The notes beneath the pieces are model-generated. The model ran no database searches, was not told the DNA's origin, and saw only the letters and a program-made list of their open reading frames with translations. From a virus (lineage: Duplodnaviria > Caudoviricetes): a DNA stretch of 36,613 bases. Shown here one piece after another: positions 8,098-16,677 of this stretch (the first letter of the stretch is position 1; every line of letters starts with the position of its first letter). Location of the stretch: IMG/VR virus record IMGVR_UViG_3300018080_000359, positions 1 through 36,613 of that record; one strand, given 5' to 3'. Both the position numbers and the translations under genes were made by a program.

Positions 8098-10359
8098 ATG
8101 GTAAAAAAACCACAAAGAGCACCAAGCTCTATACCAACAGCTTCTCCTGCTTATACCAATCAGGGGGCATTTATTCAGATAACGGATGACGATTTTATCC
8201 AAACATCTGGTCAGGCAGTGAAAGCGTATGATGGATTACATTCCGCCACTGCTACACATAGTGGGGGCGGTGGTCGTGATTTGTGGGCCAACGTAGATAC
8301 TAATACATCTATACGTAATCAATTTACACGTCAAGATTATGAACACTTTCGTCCACATGAAGCTATTCCACATTGTGGTCTTGAAGTAATATCAGTATGT
8401 CGTAATGCTTATAGACGCGTTGGTATTATACGCAATGTAGTAGATTTGATGGCTGACTTTGGTTCTCAAGGAGCTAGGCTTGTACATCCGAATCCACGTA
8501 TTCAAAAGTTTTATCGTGGATGGTGGAAGAAAGTTGGAGCACCCAGAATTTGTGAACGATTTCTCAATCTATTATATCGTGAAGGCACGTCTATTGTCAA
8601 GAGAACTTCTGGTAAGTTGCCGCGTTTAGAGGAACGTAACTTACGCGCAATTGCTAAGAATGGTAAGATTGACCAAGATGGTCAGTATGAAAAGTCTTTA
8701 ACCACCACCGCGCGCAATATTCCTTTGCGCTACAACTTCTTAAATCCTTTGTGCTTAAAAGCACTATCTTGTGAACTATCTCAATTTGTTGGGAGTCAAG
8801 CCTATTGCATGAAGGTTAGTCCTAAGTTGCGACAGTCTGTTAGTTATCCAAAAACAGCGGCAGAAGTAGCTCTTGTGAATATGCTGCCGAAAGATATATT
8901 GGCTGCTATTAAGCGAGGAGATAGTGAAATTCCGCTGGACCCAGATAAGGTACAAGCATTCTTCTATAAGAAAGATGATTGGCAAACCTGGGCCGACCCA
9001 ATGACCTATGCTATTATGGATGATATTATTCTGTTGGAAAAAATGAAGCTTGCTGACTTAGCTGCCTTAGATGGGGCTATATCTCAAGTTCGTTTGTGGA
9101 CATTGGGTGATATCGATGCTGGTATCTTTCCTACAGAACTAGCTATTGCTCGCTTGTCTGAAATTCTTCTATCCAATCCTGGCGGTGGCGCTTTTGATAT
9201 TATTTGGGGTCCAGAACTTACTGTTCAAGAATACAAAACCAACGTGCATCAATTCCTTGGTGAAGAGAAGTATGTGCCAGTTTGGAACAGTATTTACGCT
9301 GGTTTAGGAGTTCCACCTACTCTAACCGGTACTTCTAGTGCGTCTGGTTTTACCAATAATTTCATCTCATTAAAAACGTTGATTCAACGCCTTGAATATG
9401 GTCGTGGTATTCTGCGAACTTTTTGGGAACAAGAAATCGAACTAGTGCGTCAAGCTATGGGTTTCCAGAAAGGTGCTAAGCTTGTCTTTGATAATATGGT
9501 ATTGTCAGATGAAGCGGCAGAGAAGGCTCTGTTGATTCAATTGGTAGACCGAGACGTTATTTCTGTTGAAACGTTAGTTGAACGTTTTGGAGAACTACCA
9601 GAGTTTGAAGAGTTGAAACTTCGCAGAGAGGAACGTGCGCGTAAGAACGGTATGATGAAACCCAAGGCATCTCAATGGCATACTCCAGAAAAAGTTTACG
9701 AATTTATGAAAACCGCATTGCAGCGCGGTTACATTGCTCCAGAACAAACTGGCATGCAAGACGAATTTCCAGAAGAATTCCTAGATGCAGAAACTCCCTT
9801 TGAGCAACAACTTAAAGTTACTGCTGAGAAATCTGCCGCAACAAAACAGAACGGACCTGATTCTGGTCAAGTTAAGAAAGGAAAAGGTGGGGAGGGTCGT
9901 CCTAAAGGCGTGAAAGACCAAGCTGGTCAACCAAGAAAGAAACGGCAACCCAAGGCTGTTGGCGCTGATACCGCTGCCTATATGACTTCTTTGATGTGGG
10001 CTCGTTCTGCACAACAAGAAATATCCGATATTGTTACTCCTCTTATCTTACAACACTATGGTAAGAAAAGTCTAAGAGCACTTTCATCTGAACAAGTAAG
10101 GGAAGCAGAGAAAGTGAAATTTGCTGTACTGTGTAATACTCCAGCCTATAGCAATATTAATGATGTGCATGTTGGCGCTGTCTTAGCAAGAGGGGCATCC
10201 TCTCCTGCTCAATATGTTCAAATGTACGATTCCCTATATAAGAAAGTTGTTGCAGAGCGCAAGGCTGAACCATCTTTAGACGAGGTGAGATTAATTCAAG
10301 CTACTGCGTATGCTGCGTTAAATTGTGACGAAAACCAAATTTACAATCGTGGAGAATAA
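8098..10359 (+). CDS. Portal protein
   Basis: 753 aa directly after TerL; AYRRVGIIRNVVDLMADF and IYAGLGVPPTL segments typical of portal proteins; synteny. Confidence 0.88.
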   Translation: MVKKPQRAPSSIPTASPAYTNQGAFIQITDDDFIQTSGQAVKAYDGLHSATATHSGGGGRDLWANVDTNTSIRNQFTRQDYEHFRPHEAIPHCGLEVISVCRNAYRRVGIIRNVVDLMADFGSQGARLVHPNPRIQKFYRGWWKKVGAPRICERFLNLLYREGTSIVKRTSGKLPRLEERNLRAIAKNGKIDQDGQYEKSLTTTARNIPLRYNFLNPLCLKALSCELSQFVGSQAYCMKVSPKLRQSVSYPKTAAEVALVNMLPKDILAAIKRGDSEIPLDPDKVQAFFYKKDDWQTWADPMTYAIMDDIILLEKMKLADLAALDGAISQVRLWTLGDIDAGIFPTELAIARLSEILLSNPGGGAFDIIWGPELTVQEYKTNVHQFLGEEKYVPVWNSIYAGLGVPPTLTGTSSASGFTNNFISLKTLIQRLEYGRGILRTFWEQEIELVRQAMGFQKGAKLVFDNMVLSDEAAEKALLIQLVDRDVISVETLVERFGELPEFEELKLRREERARKNGMMKPKASQWHTPEKVYEFMKTALQRGYIAPEQTGMQDEFPEEFLDAETPFEQQLKVTAEKSAATKQNGPDSGQVKKGKGGEGRPKGVKDQAGQPRKKRQPKAVGADTAAYMTSLMWARSAQQEISDIVTPLILQHYGKKSLRALSSEQVREAEKVKFAVLCNTPAYSNINDVHVGAVLARGASSPAQYVQMYDSLYKKVVAERKAEPSLDEVRLIQATAYAALNCDENQIYNRGE

Positions 10360-10361
10360 CC

Positions 10362-10706
10362 ATGGCTCAAATGATAATAACTGCTGATACCGAATCCAAG
10401 ACACTTGAGGTTACTATTGATGGAATGACAATTCCAAACGTAAGTGATGCCAGTGTTTACTTGTATAGGGATTCCAATGGGAATGCAAAGGAATTGTATG
10501 GAAGTGTCTACACTGTTGAGAAATCAGATAATGGTGTTACCAAGAGAGTGACCTATCATGCAGAAGGTTCAGAAAAAGCGCAAAACGCCATAGCATCAGG
10601 AATTAAGGTGTATACTGATGTGAAGGGATTTGTTGGAATTTCTGATGAGAGTGAAGCCGCTTTGGATATCGATGAGTTCCTTTCATCACAAAAAAAGGGA
10701 TATTAA
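10362..10706 (+). CDS. Hypothetical protein
   Basis: GGAGAA RBS; 114-aa ORF between portal and protease. Confidence 0.8.
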   Translation: MAQMIITADTESKTLEVTIDGMTIPNVSDASVYLYRDSNGNAKELYGSVYTVEKSDNGVTKRVTYHAEGSEKAQNAIASGIKVYTDVKGFVGISDESEAALDIDEFLSSQKKGY

Positions 10707-10712
10707 ATAGTT

Positions 10713-10724
10713 GTGGTGTATAAT
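10713..10724 (+). promoter_or_regulatory. Putative late promoter GTGGTGTATAAT
   Basis: Intergenic, 20 bp upstream of the protease gene; identical 12-mer to 8028-8039. Confidence 0.75.
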
Positions 10725-10744
10725 AACGATGAAAGGGTATTTGA

Positions 10745-12304
10745 ATGATTCCAATATATTCTGCTGAAGTATCTGATGGCATTGCAGAAGCAGTGGCATC
10801 TCAGAACTCGATAGCATATATAAGTCCTATACTAAGTAGTCCAGAAAATCTTAAAAAGCAACTTGTTACTGCTAAGGTTTTACAGGATTTACAATTAGCC
10901 ATAGGAAATGATGTAACGTTTGACCTATATCCCATCCACACCATATTGGTGACAACTGGATGGAACAAGAATGATGACATCTTTGATAGATATGAAACGT
11001 GGGCATCAAGATTTACCCCAGAAGATAAACCATTTAATATTGGTCATAATCCAAGAGAAATTATTGGACACATTACTGCTAACACAGTTATAGATGATGA
11101 CTTAAATGTTGTTGCGTCTGATTTGGCATTTGATGAAGTTCCAGATAAATTTCACATACTTACAAGCGCTGTAGTATATAGACATGTGAATAGTCGTGAT
11201 GAAGCTCTTGAGGCGGAAGCGGCAGCCATGATAGAAAGTATTCAGAATGGCGAACAATTCGTATCTATGGAATGTTTGTTTGGCAACTTTGATTATGGTC
11301 TCACATACGCTGGTGGTGAGCAAGAAGTTGTGGAGAGAAATCAAAGTACAGCATTTCTAACCAAACATTTACGAAGACATGGCGGTTGTGGTGAATATAA
11401 TGGTGGCAAACTTGGCCGCGTGTTAAAAAATATTACGTTTAGTGGCAAGGGACTTGTAGAAAATCCTGCAAATCCCGAGAGTATCATTTTCAACGATACA
11501 GAACAATTTCGAGGAGTTTTTGCCTCGGTGTTACCAAAGCAAGAACAAAATACAACAACTCTAACACAAGGAGATGCCAGTATGGCTGAAACTCAAGATA
11601 AATATGCTGAGAAGCTAGAGGCACAAGTCAAGGAACTACAAAGTGACCTTGCTGCTGCTAACACAAAGATTGAAACTTTGGGCGAAGCTCAAGTTAAATC
11701 TCAGTTGGCCGAGAAAGATGTTGCTATTGCTAAGTTGACCGAACAGGTTGAAGCATCTGATACAAAAATCGAAGAATTGACCGCATCTTATAATGATGCT
11801 GTTAAGGCTCGTGAAACCGCCGAAGCTGAGAAGGCCGAGGTTGATGAGAAGTTGGCAGAAGCTACTGAGAAGATTACAGAAGTAGAAGCCAAAGAAAAGA
11901 CAACTGCCCGCGTAGCTTTGTTGGTTGACAAGGGTGTTGAGCACGAAGAGGCCACGGCCGTAGCTGCTGAATTTGATAGCTTGGATGACGAGAAGTTTGC
12001 AAGCATAGTTGAATTGAAGGCTGCTGTTGCTGCTGGTGGAAAGCGCCCAAATAACCTTGAAGTTCCTAATGAGGAAGAGGGCGACACAAAGAAAAAGAAA
12101 GCCAAGGCAGATGCCGAAGGCGAAGAAGAAACTGCTGACCCCGATGGCGAAGCTGCTGCTGATGATGCCGACCTAGATAATAGTGTTCCTGATGAAGACC
12201 CCGCTTTGGGTTCTGACGAAGAGAACAACGAACAGGACGAGCTAATGCAGTCTTTGGCTGGTTTTTTGGACACTACAATGCATGGCTCAAAAGCTAGCGA
12301 GTAA
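10745..12304 (+). CDS. Prohead protease fused to coiled-coil scaffold
   Basis: WNKNDDIF, FNIGHN...IIGH, FVSMEC, FSGKGLVENPANPES resemble HK97-type maturation proteases; C-terminal half is an acidic coiled coil. Confidence 0.82.
   Translation: MIPIYSAEVSDGIAEAVASQNSIAYISPILSSPENLKKQLVTAKVLQDLQLAIGNDVTFDLYPIHTILVTTGWNKNDDIFDRYETWASRFTPEDKPFNIGHNPREIIGHITANTVIDDDLNVVASDLAFDEVPDKFHILTSAVVYRHVNSRDEALEAEAAAMIESIQNGEQFVSMECLFGNFDYGLTYAGGEQEVVERNQSTAFLTKHLRRHGGCGEYNGGKLGRVLKNITFSGKGLVENPANPESIIFNDTEQFRGVFASVLPKQEQNTTTLTQGDASMAETQDKYAEKLEAQVKELQSDLAAANTKIETLGEAQVKSQLAEKDVAIAKLTEQVEASDTKIEELTASYNDAVKARETAEAEKAEVDEKLAEATEKITEVEAKEKTTARVALLVDKGVEHEEATAVAAEFDSLDDEKFASIVELKAAVAAGGKRPNNLEVPNEEEGDTKKKKAKADAEGEEETADPDGEAAADDADLDNSVPDEDPALGSDEENNEQDELMQSLAGFLDTTMHGSKASE
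11582..12304 (+). CDS. Putative nested in-frame scaffolding protein (240 aa, MAETQDK...)
   Basis: AAGGAG at 11568-11573, 8 nt before an in-frame ATG at the protease/coiled-coil boundary. Confidence 0.6.
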   Translation: MAETQDKYAEKLEAQVKELQSDLAAANTKIETLGEAQVKSQLAEKDVAIAKLTEQVEASDTKIEELTASYNDAVKARETAEAEKAEVDEKLAEATEKITEVEAKEKTTARVALLVDKGVEHEEATAVAAEFDSLDDEKFASIVELKAAVAAGGKRPNNLEVPNEEEGDTKKKKAKADAEGEEETADPDGEAAADDADLDNSVPDEDPALGSDEENNEQDELMQSLAGFLDTTMHGSKASE

Positions 12305-12367
12305 GCCCAATTTTCCTTCCTATTTGTACATACATACTTTAATAACATTTTTTTTGGAGGCTTTATT

Positions 12368-12856
12368 ATGGCTCTAAAAGGCGACAGATACACTGCAATC
12401 ACAGAGATTAGCTTCTTCATGGACCAAGTTGCTGAGCGCGGCGGAATTGCCGTTCTTAAAACTGCTGGTTCTGGTGCTGCTCTTGACCAATCAGCGGCCG
12501 AAGTGGAGTACGCTGCTAGCCCATCCGGTAAGGTTCCCATGGGTCTATTGACAGACGACATGGTTAACAAAGACTTGACACGCACTCACTTGAATTTCCA
12601 AAAGTCCGAGCACCAAAAGGGTTCCAAGGTGAACTTTGCTCGTGACGGTTGGTTCGTAACGAACATGATTGAGAGCACAGGCATTGCTGCTGCTATTGGT
12701 GGTGGCTCAGGTGCTTATCTAGGTTTGAGTGGGCTACTTACAACGGCTGCTACTGGCCCCGGTGGTTATAGCAATCCAAAGGTAGGTATCTTTGAATCTA
12801 GCCAAGATGAAGACGGATATGTCAAGGTTTACGTCAAGCTACCTAACCTAGCCTAA
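12368..12856 (+). CDS. Head decoration/cement protein
   Basis: GGAGG RBS; 162-aa Gly/Ala-rich protein immediately before the capsid gene; synteny. Confidence 0.7.
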   Translation: MALKGDRYTAITEISFFMDQVAERGGIAVLKTAGSGAALDQSAAEVEYAASPSGKVPMGLLTDDMVNKDLTRTHLNFQKSEHQKGSKVNFARDGWFVTNMIESTGIAAAIGGGSGAYLGLSGLLTTAATGPGGYSNPKVGIFESSQDEDGYVKVYVKLPNLA

Positions 12857-12914
12857 GCTGATTAAGTAGTTCGTTTATTTACTAAAAAAAAATACTCAAG
12901 TTGGAGATAAAAAC

Positions 12915-13922
12915 ATGGCCGACAAAAGAGTCATTGAACCTACACCCGCCATGACGCAGCTTTTGCGTGACAGCGGTTCAAAAGACCCCGGACAATCCGA
13001 GGCAGCTACTCGACAACTAGCCGTTGCGCTAGAAACACCGCTTCGTAAGGGTGTTATGAGTGGTGACATTACTGGTGGTATCTTTGAGCGTATTAGACTA
13101 GCTCCAGGTGCTGCACCTGAATTCCCATTGGATTTCGTCCAACCGGGTACAGAGAAAGATTATGTAGCGTATACGATTCCTAGCCAAGGTCGTATTCCAG
13201 AGCGTAACGTCGAAGGTGACTTCGTCATGGTCCCAACGTATGACGTTGGTTGTTCCATCGACTGGTTGTTGAAGTACGCTCGCGATGCTCGTTGGGATAT
13301 TGTTGGGCGCGCAATGCAAGTTCTTGAGGCTTCTTTCATTAAGAAGACCAATGACGACGCATGGCATACAATTCTTGCCGCTGGCGCCGACCGCAACATC
13401 GTCGTATATGATAGTGCTGCTGCCGCTGGTCAGTTTACCAAGAGATTGGTAAGTCTTGGTAAGACCGTTATGCGCCGTAATGGTGGTGGTAACAGTAGTA
13501 GCATCAACAGAGGTCAGCTAACCGACATGTACTTGAGCCCAGAGGGTATCGAAGACATTCGCGATTGGGGTGTTGACCAAATCGATGAAATTACTCGCAA
13601 CCAAATTTTCCATGCTGTTGATGGTACACTAAATCGTATCTTTGGCGTTAACTTGCATGACCTTGACGAGCTTGGTGTGGGTCAGGAGTATCAAAACTTC
13701 TTCACTAACGACCTAAGTGGTTCTTTGGCCTCTTCAGACCTTGAACTAGCAGTTGGTCTTGACCTTCGTACAAACGACAGCTTTGTGAACCCAGTTCGTG
13801 AAGATGTTTCTGTGTACGATGACCCAGCCTTGCATCGCCAAAGACGCGCTGGCGTTTACGCTTGGGGTGAGCACGGCTTCGCCGTACTTGATAACCGTCG
13901 CGTTATCTTGATGTCCTTCTAA
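12915..13922 (+). CDS. Major capsid protein (HK97 fold inferred)
   Basis: 335 aa, strong RBS, followed by a terminator; C-terminal GVYAWGEHGFAVLDNRRV pattern; synteny. Confidence 0.9.
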   Translation: MADKRVIEPTPAMTQLLRDSGSKDPGQSEAATRQLAVALETPLRKGVMSGDITGGIFERIRLAPGAAPEFPLDFVQPGTEKDYVAYTIPSQGRIPERNVEGDFVMVPTYDVGCSIDWLLKYARDARWDIVGRAMQVLEASFIKKTNDDAWHTILAAGADRNIVVYDSAAAAGQFTKRLVSLGKTVMRRNGGGNSSSINRGQLTDMYLSPEGIEDIRDWGVDQIDEITRNQIFHAVDGTLNRIFGVNLHDLDELGVGQEYQNFFTNDLSGSLASSDLELAVGLDLRTNDSFVNPVREDVSVYDDPALHRQRRAGVYAWGEHGFAVLDNRRVILMSF

Positions 13923-13952
13923 GCGACGTTTAACGACGATTGACAAAAATAT

Positions 13953-14004
13953 AGAGTGATGGCGACGGCGAATGCAAAAGTCGTTCGCTATCACTCTTTT
14001 TTTT
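13953..14004 (+). terminator. Intrinsic terminator after the capsid gene
   Basis: AGAGTGATGGCG...CGCTATCACTCT stem followed by a T run. Confidence 0.8.
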
Positions 14005-14018
14005 ATAGGGAGATAATC

Positions 14019-14345
14019 ATGTCTGAAAATCCTAATACAATTGCTCAACCTACAGCAGATGAGCTTCGTAAAAATTGGCAAAACCGCAGGGCTCGTGGGA
14101 GTAAAACGGTTGATATTGCTACAGACCAAAAGTATGCCGTAGTGCTTCTCTTGCTTAATCCCGCTGTTTCTCAACCCGGTGATTATGCAACTTTGGGAGC
14201 AAATATTAAGGCTATTACTGGCATTCAAGATGTAAAATTGATGGTTGATGGTCACACTGTATCTTCGGTTCCTACGGAAGATAAATTGGTCGCAATGGTT
14301 AATACAGCCATTCGTCAAGTTACCATACCACAACCACAAGAATAA
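14019..14345 (+). CDS. Hypothetical protein (MSENPN...)
   Basis: GGGAGAT RBS before ATG 14019; the track start 13956 lies inside the terminator. Confidence 0.8.
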   Translation: MSENPNTIAQPTADELRKNWQNRRARGSKTVDIATDQKYAVVLLLLNPAVSQPGDYATLGANIKAITGIQDVKLMVDGHTVSSVPTEDKLVAMVNTAIRQVTIPQPQE

Positions 14346-14356
14346 AGGGGAGACTT

Positions 14357-14872
14357 ATGTCTAAAAACCTAAATAATGTTATGTTTCGCGGCCGTTACAC
14401 AGTCAAGTGTTTTGGTCCAGATGGTAAGTTAAAGTGGTCAGATGAAATAGAAAATCTGGTTGTTAATGAGGGTCTAGACCATATATTGGATAGTACATTG
14501 GCCGGTGGTTCACAAGTAACTACATGGTATGTTGGTTTACTTGCTGCTAGTCCAACTCCATTGGCAACCTGGACTAAGACAGAGGTTGGAGCTAATGACT
14601 TTGTGGATTATGACGAGGCTACGCTAGTAACTTGGACTCCAGATGCTGTTAGTGGTCAAAGTGTAGATAACAGCACCACACCTGCTGATTTTAGTATTAA
14701 TCAGGACAGTAGTTCTGTTGGTGGTGCATATCTTGCGTCTACCAATACTAAAGCAGTTGAAGGTGGTGCGGCAGTTATATTTTCTGCCGGTGCTTTTACT
14801 GGTGGTAACAAGGCAGTCGATAATGGAGATACGTTGCAAGTTACAATGACATTCTCTAACTCATCATCATAA
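14357..14872 (+). CDS. Virion structural protein (fibre-associated)
   Basis: ENLVVNEGLDHIL...WYVGL...GDTLQVT pattern typical of small phage fibre-module proteins. Confidence 0.65.
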   Translation: MSKNLNNVMFRGRYTVKCFGPDGKLKWSDEIENLVVNEGLDHILDSTLAGGSQVTTWYVGLLAASPTPLATWTKTEVGANDFVDYDEATLVTWTPDAVSGQSVDNSTTPADFSINQDSSSVGGAYLASTNTKAVEGGAAVIFSAGAFTGGNKAVDNGDTLQVTMTFSNSSS

Positions 14873-14882
14873 GGAGTAAAAT

Positions 14883-15164
14883 ATGGCTTGGTCACAAAGT
14901 AAAAATAATGTGTTTTTTAGACGAGCGCAAAATTGGGCTGCTAGCTTAGTTAATCTATTAGAAGAAAGAAATAGGCTAGTAGATTTATACACGAATGAAG
15001 CAAGTGGAGACCCTGCGTTTGTGGATACTGATATAGCAACAAAAGTGGAACTTGGCAACTTGAAAGACGTAATGGATAATCTTGATGCCATGGTGAATAA
15101 TGGAGTAGTAAGTCAAGAGAGTCGTATGGGTAAACTGACTCCATTCTTAGCTGACCAGGAGTAA
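14883..15164 (+). CDS. Hypothetical protein
   Basis: AAGGAG RBS; 93 aa, probably helical. Confidence 0.8.
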   Translation: MAWSQSKNNVFFRRAQNWAASLVNLLEERNRLVDLYTNEASGDPAFVDTDIATKVELGNLKDVMDNLDAMVNNGVVSQESRMGKLTPFLADQE

Positions 15165-15167
15165 CAA

Positions 15168-16676
15168 ATGGCTACTTGGTATGTAGATAGTGCTGCTAGT
15201 ACAAATCGAGCTGATATCAACTCTACAGTAGTAGTTGAGGAAAATCGTTGTTATGTAAGCACCGATACTGGTGTTATTTTTGAGTGTACGGTAGGTGGGA
15301 CAACCGCTGCTAGTCCGCCGACATTTGATACGACCCCCGGCAATACGACAGTTGACGGTGGTGCGACGTGGACTGCGAGAGAGCATAACTCTTGGGACAA
15401 TGCAGCACCCACACTAGACCATCTGCTTACCGGGGAAACAATAGCAGCCGCCGATGAGATATGGTTAGAGGACGGGCACGTTGAGGGAGCGGTAGTCTCA
15501 ACTACCTACACCTTTACGAACGGTACGTTGTTGGACCCAATTAAAGTTGTGTCTGTAGACAAGGTAGATGATTCGTACTCGCCTGGAGCCACTATCGATG
15601 TCAATGGAACTATCAATGATGATGTGAATATCTATGGCTATACGACGTGGTACGGTGTGACGTTAGAGGCATCAGACAACATTGCATTGGGAAACGGGGA
15701 GGGAGACTTAGTTAAGCTGGTTGACTGTATTTTGAATCCAGATGACCAAGTAGCTAATAGTACGAATTCATATGTAGGGCGTGGTATAGTCTTGGAAGAT
15801 TGTACGGTATCAATTAAAGATACTGGAAGTACACCAAGCCTTCAGCTTAACCGTAATGCGGCATCGTTTGTCATGCGTGGTGGTTCTTTGTCGGCACCCC
15901 TGACCGTAACTGCGGGGCTTATTATATGTAAGCAAGCATTGGCCGGTGATGCTCAACTATTTCTTTTTGAAGATGTCGACCTATCAGATTGGCCATCAGG
16001 TACGAAGTTATTTGATAACAGTACCGACATCAAAAACACGTATATCTTCAGACGTTGTAAGTTGCCGAGTGGCTATGTGTTAGGTACGTTGCCCAAACTG
16101 TCTAAGCTAATTATAGAGAGTTGCAGCACGACTACGAGCACCGTTCCATTCTTGGGAGTGACGACCTATAAGGATGATTGGGGGACGGTTGAATCCGATG
16201 TTACTGATTATCGTAATGGTGGGGCGACTGATGGTGAAAATGAATTCAGTTGGAAGGTCACGTCTAATGCAGTTACGTACGAGTCACCACTAGAGCTTCC
16301 GCCAATTGGACTTTGGGTTGAACCTGGAGCTTCCCCAAAGACACTAACACTGTATATAGCTGGAGCAAATGACCTAACAGATGATAAGATATGGGCGGTT
16401 GTTGAGTCTCCTAGCGAAGACGTACCAGCAAATCCTAACCATAAAGTCAGCACGTCGAGACCAGACCCAAGAACTACAGGTACGAATGTCTCAGTAACAA
16501 GAGATACTGGGTCGACTTGGGAGGGGTCCAACACAGGTGTGGACGGAGGCTTGGGACAGCAGAAGATAACCATATCCGGTATTGATGCGACTGAGGCAGG
16601 CCCTTTAGTGGTTCGCGTCTATATTGCGGCGGCAAGTGATACAAGATATATTGACCCCAAGCCAGTGATATCGTAA
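15168..16676 (+). CDS. Virion fibre/spike-like protein, probable beta-helix
   Basis: ECTVGGTTAASPPTFDTTPGNTTVDGGATW motif; beta-rich, Thr/Ser/Asp-rich. Confidence 0.65.
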   Translation: MATWYVDSAASTNRADINSTVVVEENRCYVSTDTGVIFECTVGGTTAASPPTFDTTPGNTTVDGGATWTAREHNSWDNAAPTLDHLLTGETIAAADEIWLEDGHVEGAVVSTTYTFTNGTLLDPIKVVSVDKVDDSYSPGATIDVNGTINDDVNIYGYTTWYGVTLEASDNIALGNGEGDLVKLVDCILNPDDQVANSTNSYVGRGIVLEDCTVSIKDTGSTPSLQLNRNAASFVMRGGSLSAPLTVTAGLIICKQALAGDAQLFLFEDVDLSDWPSGTKLFDNSTDIKNTYIFRRCKLPSGYVLGTLPKLSKLIIESCSTTTSTVPFLGVTTYKDDWGTVESDVTDYRNGGATDGENEFSWKVTSNAVTYESPLELPPIGLWVEPGASPKTLTLYIAGANDLTDDKIWAVVESPSEDVPANPNHKVSTSRPDPRTTGTNVSVTRDTGSTWEGSNTGVDGGLGQQKITISGIDATEAGPLVVRVYIAAASDTRYIDPKPVIS

Positions 16677-16677
16677 A

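Noticed and set aside
11788-12585. 265-aa minus-strand ORF
   Set aside because: Ser/Ala-rich antisense shadow of the scaffold and decoration genes
5912-13922. Inteins or introns in terL, portal or capsid genes
   Set aside because: Frames are continuous, catalytic motifs are normally spaced, and no intein splice-junction or LAGLIDADG motifs were seen
13940-13945. TTGACA after the capsid gene as a promoter
   Set aside because: No -10 box at 16-19 nt spacing
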